Positions 34,474 to 46,915 of a stretch of DNA of 64,000 nt are shown piece by piece (the stretch's first letter is position 1; each line of letters opens with the position of its first letter). The notes under the pieces are model-generated. The model had not been told where the DNA came from. It did not search any database and saw only the letters and a list, made by a program, of their open reading frames with translations. The position numbers and the translations under genes are program-made. Source of the DNA: Podarcis vaucheri (lineage: Eukaryota). The DNA lies in the NCBI GenBank assembly GCA_965113315.1, contig OZ220369.1. The stretch is one strand, 5' to 3'.

Positions 34474-35350
34474 GGCGGCGGCGGCGGCAGCAGTAGCGGA
34501 GGAGGAGGCCGGTATTACGACTCGAGTCCCGCTCGGCGGGACCGGAAGTGGCGAACCCTCAAAACCGGAAGCCACGCTTCCAGCGGTCCCTCGCGGTTCC
34601 TTCCCCGGCGCAGGAGAGTTCCGGCGGAAACACTATGGCTATAGCTATGGGGGTCGGCGTGGGATGTGCAGAGGCGGATGGGGCTGCTCGGGGTTGGCGA
34701 GGGCGGGGGACGAACCGTCGCACAGCCCCTTCATCCGCGAGCGACATTAACCCTTGCAGAGCCGGGGGGTGAGGGGACGAGGATCGTGCCCAGTTTTGTG
34801 ACCATTCCGACACGCGAATGTCTCGTGAGAATGGAGCAAACTGTATCCCTGCGGGCGTGGGGCTGGAGGCTGAGAGTTGCCCATTGTTTTCATTTTTAAA
34901 GAGATGGCTGTTTCAGCTCCTGCTGGCCGCGGAAGAAGCCCCCGTTGGGCCAGACGAGATAGAGGAGACACGTGTGTGTGTGTGTGTTTTGGGGGCGCCT
35001 GATTAAGTGATGAGACAGGAAGCTCTTTGTGAGGGCAGCCCACTCCCCTACTTGCTGCGTTGCGATTGCTGGCGCCCAACGGGCCAGGAGCCTTTCAGGG
35101 CAACCCTGCCGGAGGACCTTCTCTTGCAGCCGGTGGGGATGGGGTGTGCCTCAAATCAAGCTGTGCCCCGTCCTGGGCTTGGTGGAACACAGAGGGAAGT
35201 AGCGTCTTGGATTCAGCTATTGCCTTCAGTGGGAGGTCCACGACTTTCCCCGTCCCCAGCAGTGGGGCGAAGCTGCCTTGTCCACCAGTATAGCAACCCC
35301 CGGCGGCGGAGGAGGACGGGGACGGGGATGCGCGCGACCAATACCAGTGA
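34200..35350 (-). promoter_or_regulatory. SF3A3 CpG-island promoter with ETS/GABP sites
   Basis: CpG-rich; ACCGGAAGTG at 34541-34550 and CCGGAAG near 34565, typical of housekeeping promoters. Confidence 0.75.
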
Positions 35351-35438
35351 TCGCCCAAAGTTGTCCCCCAACTTTGTCCCACAGTAGCAGTGCCTTTTCT
35401 TCCTGATAACTTGTAAATGTCAGATATTTGCCTTATAG

Positions 35439-35696
35439 CAGGCACGTCCAACAGGTAGATCGTGATCTAGTGGTAGATCACTAGACGTCTGTGGTAGATC
35501 ACTGGCTCCCCCCAAAGAAGCTCAACAACTTTGTCTCCCCTAAAAAAAGCTCAACATTACTGCCTTGCACCCCCAAAAAGGGTGCTTTCCTCTTCCCTAA
35601 AAAAACTTTTACCTGAACCCCCCAAAAGGGGGTAGATCACTGCAAGTTTTTAACTCTGTGAGTAGATCGCAGTCTCTTGGGAATTGGCCACCCCTG
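35439..35696. mobile_element. hAT MITE with perfect 8-bp TSD
   Basis: TSD CCTTATAG on both sides; imperfect TIRs CAGGCACGTCCAA/TTGGCCACCCCTG; subterminal GTAGATC repeats. Confidence 0.85.
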
Positions 35697-38599
35697 CCTT
35701 ATAGCAAGGAACATTATTTTATTTTATTTTTAGTCTGAGAGCTGCATATAAGTGCCCCATTCCTGGGCACTTATTGCTCACCCATATTTCTTCAATGAGT
35801 GTGAAAGCAGCAGGGGGCATTTTGACTGTGAAGCTGAACTGGCTCATTCCCTGTACCCGACAAAATGGCAAATTGGTCCCTTCCCCCACCTGGTAATGTT
35901 CTGACTAGGTTGCTTTTCTGACAAAAAGGGGCTGCAGGGGTGTTTATAGAGAGGGGGCTCAAGGGAGCCAGGGCACATCCCACACTTGTTTGTCCTGGAA
36001 GTAATAAATAGGATCGACACATAAATTGTGTCCCATAAATAGGGACACAAAAGCTTGGGGGGGGGGACAAAGTTGTTGAGTGAGGGCAGGCTGTAAATTT
36101 GTACAATATTAATTATTAAATTCAAAAGGGATCCAAACCCTACAAAATAAACTTTCTGAACATTTCATTATTATGGTGGGGGAATAGCTGGAAGATCACC
36201 GTTGAGGGCTCAGAGGCTCCTGGACTCTTCACCGGAACTCTCTTTGCATAAGCTCTCTTCTCTTCGAAATGAAGGCCAAACCACCCATCACTATAATGAT
36301 AAAAAGCACAGTCACTCCCAATCGTAACTCTCACCAACTTCCTGCTGAAACAAGGTGCCGTCTGCAGCAAAGCAACAACCTACTCTTGTCCCCTCCCTTT
36401 GCTACATATGAGTAACAGTGTTAGAAACTGAGATAAGAAAGCTAGGAGCTGAATGGCACCTTAAACCTAGGTTATGGACACACTTTTTTAAATAACAAGA
36501 ATACAAAGCTGAAAATGAATAATGCAGTTAAAATATTATGTTCATTTTTCACATGGTGTGGTCCTTCCCTTGCCCACCCCCCTAATATTCTTAAGAGGGT
36601 CTCTCCTCCAGTCTTCAGGATGAGTGACTGGCCAAACACACCTTTCAAGGATCACTCCCCCACCCTGTAAGTTGCAAGAGGACAGGGTGTGTGGGTACAC
36701 ACACAGTCACTGCCGTCTCCCCTCCCCTCCTAACTTGGGGCGGGAGTGGGAGAGGCTAAGTCATGAGCACAGCATTGTACCCAGGTGGCACAATCTCCCT
36801 TCTCTCCCACTTTACACACATTTAACAGTATGCTGGCTCAGGAACTGTGTGCTCCGGTTGCAATTCCTCCCTTCTGTGTGTCCAGCAGGGAGGTTCACCC
36901 CATTACCTGCAGAAGTGGCTGAGATGCTCCTGCATGGGGTTTACCTCTTTGCTCTGTCTTTGGCAAGCCCCATGACAGTTAAAGCAACATGTTAAGGCAT
37001 TCCTAGTATTGTTTGTAGTGGGAACACATTAATCCACTGCCCCAGGCTCAGATGCTCTCCTGGGATTCCTGATTGGGGCTCAGCAGCTTCATTCCTGTGT
37101 CTTTGCTGCTCAGAATCACCTCCATCCTGGATGCTGCTAAATAAGGGCTGTGAACTTGCATATTTGTTGATAGGGCATGATAGAGAGGGATTGGAGTCTG
37201 AAGGGCTCAGGCACTGTTAGGGGGCAGACGAACACCCCACCCCATCTCTTGACCTATTCCCCTCTTTTAAAAACTTCATTTAAAAAACCCAAGTTTTCTT
37301 CCAGGGTGGCTGGGTGAATTGCAAAACACAATGCAGGTGAAACCACAACCATCCACCTTAATTTGCCCAGAGGTTGTGGCTGCAGAGACCGATGTGGGAG
37401 AGACATGTTTTGTTGCAGCTGGGGCAGATGAAGGTGTCCAGTTGTGCTGCTGCAGATGCACCATGGTGATATTCAAAGATGTGGGTGTAATGGGTCTGTA
37501 CCCCAGTCCTTTAAATACTATGGGTTACTTCCTGCTCTCCCCTCTCAGGTTCCCTGCAGGCTTCTCAAATCACTTGTGGGAAGCAATGAAGAGTCATGCT
37601 GAGATGCTGCCCAGCAGGGCTGGCCAATAGGACGGAAGAGAAAATGGTCACGGGGTGAGGGGAGAGTGGTGGGCCAAATATAGGAGCCAGAAGGTTGGTC
37701 TATACAGTGCTCCCCTGATGTGCTTAGGTACGTATGAATGAAGGGTGGGTGTCCTGGTGTGGGGTCATATCCTGCATGGGAACCTGTGACCCCTGCATGG
37801 CAAACACGAGCTCTTCTACCTCTCCAGGGTGCCAGCCCTTCATAATCAGGAGTTAAGGCAATGGGGCAAGGGGTGGAGTAGCAAAAGCCTCCTTCAGTGC
37901 CTGACTCCTGTGTGCTGCTGTGGCTGTTAGGAACCTGCCCTGTGGAGCTGCTGGTATTGTGGCCTTGATCTTTCTCTTTTGCCCCTGACTCGAGATCCCC
38001 CCCCCCAAGATATGCCAAAAGTGAGTAGGGGGCAGAAGCTCCATCTCCATCCCCAGCTCCCCAGACAAGTGCCCAACAGGAGGCATGCTACAGCTGCTGT
38101 TGTAGGGTCTCCTGTCTTCCCATTGGCTCCTTGTCAAAAGACTTTCCTTCCCTGGGTGGGTCTTGAGCCCTTGGCCCAGAAGGACTGTGGGATCCCTGTC
38201 CCTTGTCCCCTGTTCCCCCTATGTGTGGAGACAGACAGTAGCAGGGTATCAGCTGCAAGGTGGGTCTCTCTGGCAGGTGTATGTGTTCCCTATTGTGGTA
38301 AGTTCATGTTTGTGTGTTGGCGTCATCATCAGGACCATCCCAGGTTGCCATGCTTTGTTTCTAGGGATGCTGTGAAGATTCTTGTCATTTTGTATTGAAA
38401 AGAGGACGAGCCCTTTTGGAAAAATGGAAGCGGAGTTGCAGCGATTCTAGTTCCAACTTGAATCGGAGCAACGAGGATTGGGGGTTGGTAAATCTTTCAC
38501 GGTTTTTGTTTGTTTGTTTTGTAAAGCAGGAAAGCCCGGCTCGAGGGAATTCAACCCAGAGCAACAAGGAGGGAGGCAGCAGAGGTCTGATGCGACTTA

Positions 38600-40220
38600 T
38601 CAGGCTAAGCCCGGGAAGAGCCCGCATTCAGGGTTGACCCAGCAGCATCGGAGCGGGGAATGCTTCTATTTATGTTAGAGTCCACTGGAGTCGTCCCACT
38701 GGATCGGGCGGCCTCAAACGGGACACGGCTGTCCTAAATGGAACTTTACTTTTAGTATAATCTGTATAACCACGAGCAATATAAGATCAAAGCCGCAATC
38801 CTGTGCATGCTTATTTGGACATGAGCCCCATTAAAATTCGAGGTATAGGGGGGCTCATTTCCAAAGAAACCCACAGCGGAAGCCTCTTGCGCCTTTGAAT
38901 TAGCGCACCGGGGCAGTGGAACTGCGGGCTCCGGGATCAGCGATGCCGCCACCGCCTTAGGGCTGCTGTACTCTATGCTGCGTTTGCTGCTGTTCCAGGT
39001 CGGGGCAGGCACCGTCGGGCCAGGGGAGCCGCCTTGATCCAGTCCCGGGGCAGGATCAAGAGGACGGACGCCCGGCGATGACTGCTGCTGTTGCCCCTCC
39101 GGCCGGCCGGCCGGGGGCAGCCTGCCCCGCGCCCAGGAAGAAGCCTGGCCAAGCCGCGGCGAGGAGGCCTCTGGGCCGGCGGCAGGGGGCTCCTGCTGGG
39201 CGGGCCCTTTGGCGGCGACGGCGGCCCCCTCCCCTCCCTAGTGGGCAGCGGCGGCGGCGGCTCCGGCTCCGCCCCGCGAGGGCAGGCCAGGGAAGCAGGC
39301 GCGGCCGCCGCCACTTCGACTCGGGCAGGCGGAAAGAGGGACAAGCCGAGCGCCTCTGGCGAAGCCGCGGCTGGACAGGGCGCAGCAGGTGGGCGCGGCG
39401 GCGGCTGGAGGGAGCGAGGCAGGGGGCGAGGGGGGGGTGGCACCGCCTCGGCTTTGTTTCCCGGCGCTCGCACCCTGGCCGGCTCCGCGTGGCGAGCGCC
39501 TGCCAGCGGGAGCAGCCGGAGTAGGACGCGGCGAACCGGCGCGCGACTCCTCGGCTGCCTGCGCGACGGAAGAAGGCGTCCTTTTTTTCGGGTGCGCGCG
39601 CGCGAAAAGAGCTCAGACCCGTTTCTACCTCCCCCACTCCGGGCGCGGGCTGAGACCCTTTTGACCCCCGGGCAAGCGGGTCCCCTCACCGGTCCCGGGA
39701 GGCAGCGAAAGTTTGCCCGCAGGGGAACGCGCCTTGGAACCCCCGACGGCAAAGGCGGAGCTGCCGCTGCGTCCGGACGCGGTTGCCGGGGGGCTTGAAA
39801 ACCGAGCTTGGCGGAGGGAGGCGTCCCCTCCCCGGCTTCGCGGTTAGAAGCGCGCTGTGCAGCCTCGCCCAGGTAGGGCAGAGGGGGTGGGGAGGACCTC
39901 CCCGTCCTGTGCAGCTTCCGACGCGCGGAGACAAAGCGCGCCGGCCCAGCAACGCCGGGGAGGGGGGCAACAAAACAGGCCCAGGGGTCTCCACGTCTCC
40001 GGAAGGCCCTTTCCCACCTCCACTCTTCACGTCGGAAGCAAATGTGTGAATGAGCGCCGTGTGGGTCAGAGGATGCGGGAGAAATCTCGTGGCAGGAGAA
40101 TTTGCGGAAAGTTGGAATAATACCTGGGGATTCTATGGCGCTTTGGCAGGAGGTGTCCCCCCGTTTAGTACCTGAGGCAGGAAGCCCAAATGGCGCTGAC
40201 TCGTCCCTGCCGATGGTTAT
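38600..40220 (+). promoter_or_regulatory. CpG island: FHL3 promoter and non-coding exon 1 (candidate donor CAG|GTGGGC at 39388)
   Basis: Extreme CpG density and GC boxes. The first FHL3 coding exon starts at a splice acceptor, so an upstream exon is required. Confidence 0.65.
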
Positions 40221-41935
40221 CACAGAAAACTCCGACGACCACTAAGAGTTTTGTGCTAAACAGCTAGCCTGGGGGTGCCCTGCAAAGGTTCCCCAAAATC
40301 TGCCGCTTGGGGCAGCCTGACCCTGTTTAACGGTAGGGTATGCCTGCCTTCAACATTCTCCAAGGTTTTGAGAGTAAGACCAAGTTATAAAGACAAGAAA
40401 TCCCTTGCCTTCCCGCAAGACCCCTTCCATTCTCATCTGTTTTCCACTCCGTGTCTTGTGAGTGACAAAGACCAGTTGAGAGCTGAGCTTGGGGGTCCGG
40501 GTTACACCCCCCCCCGCCAGCTGCTGCATGTGGCTGTGTCCATCTTCAACACCAGTCCCATGTTGTTTGGATGTGTTACAGGATTTGCAGGGTGGGGGGA
40601 GCTCATACCCTCAGGTTCAGGTTGCTGCTTTGTGTGTTATGAATCTCCTCCCCCAAGAGAGGATTTTCTTCATGTGAGTGCTGAACCCTCAACTGGGAGC
40701 TCTGGACGCTCGAAATTTTTTTTGGAGAGGGGGTTATATGGGGAAATGAGCACAGCCAGATGTCCCTTCAGTTTTGGATAGGCTGACAGTTTTGGTCAAT
40801 GAGACAGAATGATTCAGTCAGGTTCTCTTCCATCCCAGTGCAGACCCTGTCCCAAATGGGTGTGCCCTAAATATGACCATGCTCTAATTGGCAATCTTGG
40901 GAATGTAGGTGCTCCAGTTACAGGGTTCGGAGGAGACAGCACAGCGAATATGGCAAATACCTTTTGTGCAGGCAGGGGAGCCAGCGGTGGCCACAAGGGT
41001 CCCACAGTTGACTTGGCATAAGATATTGAGTTGAAGCATCAGGCTTCTTGATTGTAAATGTCCTAACTAACATTCCCACCCACCCACAACATTTGTAAAC
41101 AGATTCATTCCAGCTCCTTTGTTTTTATGGCTACTGGCTTAAATGAACTCCCTGTGAACAGATGCTTTGTGCATTGTTTTTTGAAAAAGTGTGCTGGGAA
41201 TCAAGTTTCCAGGACTTCCAGATTCATTCCACTGCCACCATGCTCTTTTACACTGCCTTCCATGTTTGCTTTTCCTGCGGAAAGGGGAAGCCTGCCCTCT
41301 CTTCCTGCTGCTGCTGCTGCGGGTGTCTCTGGGCTGTCCAGCTGTGGACAGTTCAGGGCTGGAGGAAAGGAAGGATGTGTTGTTGTTGTTCACAAGGAAA
41401 TCCACTTTTCTGAGTTTGTGTTGTGCCCCAAGGTGACTGGGCTCATCTCTGAAGCACATGGGGACACCTTTTCATCTTGAGTCAGCAGGGTGGCTGAGTA
41501 ATATATTTCCTACATGGTTTTCTTAAATTAAAATATTTCATCCAAATGGCTTCCAACGTAGTTTAGTGTGTGTGTGTGTAGGTATTCATACCAAATGCAA
41601 TGCAGTAAAAGCAACTGCCTTTGCACAAACAAGAAACTGATAGGAAATATGAAGCCTTGAGCCACCGGGCTGCCTCCTGACTTTAAATGTTCGGAGATTC
41701 AGACAAAAGGAAGTCCTTCCTTGCTCAGTGCATAGTTATATTATAGCATTCACTACCACAAGCTCTAGTGATGGTCACCAACTTGGATGGCTTTATAAGG
41801 TAATTAGATTAGTTCAGGGAGGATAAAGCTATGTTCTCCCTTTGCCTCTGAAGTTGTTGGGAATCGTAGGTGGGGAGAGTAGATGTTACACTCAAGTCCT
41901 GCTTGTAGGCTTCCTATAGGCATCTGGTTAGTTTG

Positions 41936-42070
41936 CAGTGTTTCTCAAACTTGGGTTTCCAGCTGTTGTTGGACTACAACTCCCATCATTCCTATCTAGC
42001 AGGACCAGTGATCAGGGATGATGGGAGTTGTAGTCCTACAACAGCTGGAGACCCAAGTTTGAGAAACACT
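41936..42070. mobile_element. Palindromic hAT-type MITE (about 135 bp foldback)
   Basis: AGTGTTTCTCAAACTTGGG...CCCAAGTTTGAGAAACACT, with internal arms GGACTACAACTCCCATCAT/ATGATGGGAGTTGTAGTCC. Confidence 0.8.
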
Positions 42071-42074
42071 TTGA

Positions 42075-42287
42075 ACCCCACCTTTCCTCCAAGGAGCTCA
42101 GGGTGCTGTAGTTCATACTACTCTTTCTCCCCATTTTGTCCTCACCACAATCTTGCAAAGTAGGTTTAGGCTGTGAGACCATGACCGGCTGGCCTAAGGT
42201 CAACCTGTGAGCTTCATGACCCAGTAGGGATTTGAACCCCTGTCTCCCAGGTCCTAGTCCAACACTTTGCACCACACTGGCTCTCTA
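42075..42287 (-). mobile_element. tRNA-derived SINE (Squam3-like)
   Basis: Reverse complement of the 7021 family. Confidence 0.75.
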
Positions 42288-43519
42288 GGTGGCTGCTATG
42301 AGAACAAGATGCTGGACTAGTTGGGCCTTCAGCCTGATCCAGCTTTAGGGTCTTTCTCACGAGAAGCCACTGCTTTTAGCTTCACACTTGCAAATGCTCC
42401 CTGGTGGACTGTGACCTCCTTCCATCGAGGGATGCTTTCTATGCCTTTCAGAATCTACTTGAGGATCTCATTCTTGCTCTGCAGCAAAACATGGCAGGAG
42501 AAGATCTACTTTAGTAAGGCAGGAAGTTTTCATTTGGGCTGCTTGGCCAAACTCCTCTTGTAGGGCTTCTGATAAGCTTCCAAAGAGCCCAATGTGATTT
42601 CACTCTGGTTCAACGCTTGGGTGGCAGGGGAATCTTCCTATGATGTGTGAATACTCTCATCTCTTGTTTGCTTAAAAGCAGCTGAAGCAAACTGTAAAGT
42701 GGGTGTGCATGCCACCTAAGTTGCCCTCCTCTTGGTCTAGAACTGGAGACCTTGCCCCAGACTCCTCTCTTGTTATGGCAGCACTGAGCATAGGGGACAG
42801 GTCTGTTTAGCTAAATGGGCGGCGTTTTAAGGAGCTGACAAACATGGGTGTTGCTGGCTCAAACCTGGCCTGCCCCCACAAGCTTGTGCAACCTGCTGGG
42901 TGCTGGGCCTGCAGCTGGAAGCCAACGTGGTCTCTTTGCATAGATGCCTCATCATAGCTAGATTTTGACTCTCCTCTTTCAGTTAGGGGAGGCCGGATGG
43001 GGCTGAACCCTTGGCCATACCCAGCCAGCCTGCGCTTTCTGCGCTGGAGGGCTCCTTGTCATTTTGGGCTAGGCTGGAGGCCGGGCTCCAAGGCTGCTGT
43101 TGCATCAGTGTTCTGGGGGCAGCCTTGCCTTATCACACCAAGAGATCCTCAGACAAAGGAATTCACTGCAGACGATAAACTGACTAATCTATTTGAGACG
43201 GTGCCAGCATCATATTGGAGATGCCAATCTGGCATCTCATCTGGTGACTCTTCCTCTGCTGCCAAGGCTGTGGTTGCCTTTCCTGGAAGGAGCATCTTTG
43301 AGCTTTGGGGCACTCAGAGCCTGCCTTGACCACAGGAGATCCAGCTTGTGATGGTGGTGGCAGTGGCATTTCATGCTCTCTCTTTTTTTTACTAGTATCA
43401 CTTATCCAAAGACATATAACTGTGAGTTAGATATTTGCACTCTGAAAGGAGAGGCATTTGGAAAAAGGTGAAGCTGCAGATACTGCTATCACCCTGATGC
43501 TTAGGGAAATGAGAGATAT

Positions 43520-43710
43520 GAACATACGAAGCGACCTGTTACCAGGTCAGACCATTGGTCCAGCTAGTTCAGTATTGTCTACACTGACTGGCAGCAGTGG
43601 CTCTCCAAGCTTTCAGGCAGGGGTCTCTCCCAACCTTCCCTGGAGATGACACTGGGGATTGAACCAGAGACCTTCTGCATGCAAAGCAGCTGATCAACGC
43701 CAAGCTCTTG
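43520..43710 (-). mobile_element. tRNA-derived SINE (Squam2-like)
   Basis: Same family; GGTTCAATCCC B-box. Confidence 0.75.
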
Positions 43711-44194
43711 AAACTGGTGACTCTCCAAGGCTGGGAGGCAAGAACTGCTGAGTTTAGGCACCTGGCTCCCAAAGGGGAACCTGATACACAGGGTTTCTGT
43801 GCTGAGATGCCCCTTCCCAAGGCAGGGTTTGGATTTTGGCGAGGGTAGCTCCTTCAGTGCTCAACCCTTCTTCATAGGGGGTTGAGTACCAGAACTCCTG
43901 GGGGCTTCACGGTTGTGCTTATGCCTCATAGGGACCTCGGGGGCAGGATCCTGGGACTTTCACACATGCTTGTGGGGCAGTCTGGTTGCTGGACAACTAC
44001 TGAAAGCACAGAAAGAGTAATGTATGTGCAAAAAGGAGGTGCTGTGTGGTATGGAGCACAGCTTAACTCTGGGGTTCTCCCAGAACGCCATGTAGGCTTG
44101 GTGGTGGGACTGGCACACATTTTGCTGTTTAGCTTTGGAGTGTCAGAATCTGGTGCCTCCAAATCCTATTGAAAACCATTTCTTAGCCGTGTGC

Positions 44195-44420
44195 TTCATT
44201 ATTATCACAGTTATGTCCCACCTTTGTTGCAAGGGTCCCAAGGTGGTGTACAAGGTTCTCCCCCTCCTCATGGTATTCCCACAACAACCCTGTGAAGTAG
44301 GCGAGGCTGAGAGGGAGTGGCTGGCCCAAGGTCACCTAGTGAGCTTCATGGCCAAATGGGGATCCAAACCCTGGTCTCACCCAGCTTGTAATCTGACACT
44401 CTCACCAATACACCATACAC
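44195..44420 (-). mobile_element. tRNA-derived SINE (Squam3-like); a further partial copy lies at 44525-44640
   Basis: Reverse complement of the same family. Confidence 0.7.
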
Positions 44421-44999
44421 TTGGCTGTAGGAACATCTCTTGGCTGTCTAAAGCACCACATTTGATTCCCTGCAGGAGACACTGGACCCTTTCAGTCCAG
44501 AATTCAAAAGATTCCTATAAATAGAGGCTGAGAGGCAGTGACTGACCCAAGGGTCACCCAATGACCTTCATTGCCAAGTGGGGATTTGAACTCTAGGCTC
44601 CCAGGGCCTAGTCTGACATTCTGACCACAACACCTTGTTTCACGGCATTGCTTAAGTGGGACACAGCGATTCTGCACAAGACGTGGAGAGGGCTGTCCAG
44701 TTGAGGGGCAGGGACATGCTTTAGGTGGTTTTGGGGTTCTGCATCCTGTTTCTCCCCACATGGGAAGCCCTCCGCAAGTCTGCTGGAATAAGGCAGTGGA
44801 TGTGGGGCTTCCTGTTGTGGGAAATGTGTGAGGCGGAAGAAGCAGAGTGCAGACCCAGCCTCTGTTGGCTTCCTCATTTTTACTAATATTTATTTGTTCA
44901 GCTCTTAAAGGGACTCATGCTCAGTGACTCATTACAGAGCAGGCTGGAGGTGACTGGGAGGAAGGTCCAAGCTCTGCTGGGCTGCTGCTGCTTGCAGGC

Positions 45000-45310
45000 A
45001 TTCAAAGAGCAGCAAAAGACCTCTTCACGTAGCGCACCAAGTTAAAGGATGCAATCCACTCCTACTTGTTGTGATGGACACCATTATGGATGGCTTTGGA
45101 AGAGGATTAGACAAAGGCTATTGATTCCCAGTTGCCACAATGGCTGTGCTCTGCCTCTGAATGCCAGTTGCTGGGAATCACAGGTCTCAGATCCTGCTTG
45201 TGGGCTTCCCATTGGGGCATCTGATTGGCTGCTGAGAGAACCTGCTGATCTGTTAGAGGGGCCTTTGTTATGATGCAGCTGCAGGGCTTTTTTGTGTTCT
45301 CATGTTAAAG
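45000..45310 (+). mobile_element. CR1-type LINE 3' end
   Basis: GGATGGCTTT...GAGGATTAGACAAA...GGCATCTGATTGGC motifs shared with the other copies. Confidence 0.65.
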
Positions 45311-45324
45311 ACAAATGAATGACT

Positions 45325-45565
45325 TGTTTTATTTATTCCTTTATTATTATTTTATTATTGCATTAATATCCCACCTTTTCCCCACTGAGCTTACCTGCTT
45401 CTCCTCCCTGTTCTTATTTAATCTCCACAACAGCCCTATGAGGTAGGCTAGGCTGAGAGCCTGTGACTGGTCCCCAAGGTCACCCAGCGACCTTCATGGC
45501 CAAGTGGGGATTCGAACCCTGGTGTCACCCGTCATAGGCCGGCAGCCTCACCACTGCATCACAGA
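45325..45565 (-). mobile_element. tRNA-derived SINE (Squam3-like)
   Basis: GGGATTCGAACCC B-box on the minus strand; TTA-rich tail. Confidence 0.75.
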
Positions 45566-46734
45566 CTTGACTTGGCTGTAGGAACATCTCTCAGCTGTTT
45601 ATCATCTTTGCAGGCACACTCCTTTTCTACTAAAATGCCATATTTGATTCCCTGCAGCAGGAGACACTGGACCCTTCCAGTCCAGAACTCAAAAAATTCT
45701 GGTCAGTGGTGTTTCTGCCCAGCAGCACTTGGGCCGGCCAGACAGACTTGCTTCTTCTCAGTGCCCAGTGTTTTCTGAAAACCAGAACCCAGCTTGCACT
45801 CAGTTTGCCACAAACAAGCTCTCCCGCCTGCCTGCCACCCTTCTATGGCAAGAGGGGAAATTGCTTGCTCAATCAGCCCCCCAGCAAGAGGATGTGGCAC
45901 AGGAAATGCAAGCAGCCTGGAATCCCAGCAGAGGGATCTGCAAAAACCTCCCCTCCCCACCCCAGCATCCTGGCCTCTCTCCCCATGGAGTGCCCTTCAT
46001 TGCCAAACTAGGGCCAAGCAGCTGCCTCTGATGACAGATTCAGTGGGGCTTCCATTGTTGCACAGCCAGGATTTTCCTCTCTCTTGGCTTTCATAGCTGC
46101 AAATATGTCCAGTTGCAGCAAAGAGGAACCAGTGAAGGTGGAGTGAGTGTTGATGCCTCATAGCTGGAAAGGATGGTAGTTCTCTCATTGCTAACCATCA
46201 CCCTGCCTGTCTTTACAAGGCCATCTGGCAGCGTGTCCCACCCCAGGAGCTTGGGATGACCATACTGCCCACTCTTTCCATGGGGCTCAGTCTCAGTGCC
46301 ATCTGTGTTCAGTGCCAGGGCCCAGCCTGCAAATGGGTGCTCCTGTGGGCATGCAGGACATCCTTTGTCTGGATCGCGCTCTATAACTTGTAGCGTGAAC
46401 AATCCCCACATAATCCAGATTTCCAATAGGTGGTGGAATTCCCAGACATAGGCAGGCTGGCTTGAGCCAACATCACTCCCCACCTCCTTTAAAACTTAAG
46501 CAGGACCTCTGGGAAGTGGGCACACTTCAGACTTGTCAGATCTCCTTGTTCTTTTTACTAGAACTCCAAGATCTGCCAACCAGAACCAGGTGCAAAGACA
46601 CCGAATTAACACACTGGATTCCTCGGAGAACATTCTGAGCCCAGGAATTTGCTTTCAGTCCTAGAACTAAATTGAGCTCATTGTCCTTTCTCGGGTCTGT
46701 CTCTCTCACATACATCCAGCCCTGCCTACTCTAG

Positions 46735-46915
46735 GTAGTCTTCTCTTCACCAGGCTAAACAGTCCCAACTCTCTCAACTGTTCGTCTTCAGGCTTTATTT
46801 CCAAACCCTTGATTATCTTGGTTGCCCTCCTCTGCAAACATTCCACCTTGTCAATATTCTTGTGGTGCCCAGAAGTGGACACAGGCCTCCAGGGGGTGGT
46901 CTGACTATGGCAGAA
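46735..46915 (-). mobile_element. CR1 LINE internal fragment
   Basis: ORF2-like coding on the minus strand similar to the 5225-5595 fragment ([15 protein letters not shown]). Confidence 0.6.

Larger units (their letters stand above)
41690..42350 (+). mobile_element. CR1-type LINE 3' end interrupted by a MITE and a SINE
   Basis: The tail sequence breaks near 41930 and resumes near 42290. Confidence 0.7.

Noticed and set aside
38973-40223. 416-aa minus-strand ORF and overlapping ORFs
   Set aside because: Low-complexity Pro/Arg/Ala/Gly sequence produced by stop-codon scarcity in the FHL3 CpG island; no domain.
44515-44524. Perfect MEF2 consensus CTATAAATAG
   Set aside because: Sits at a duplication/SINE junction with no supporting motifs.
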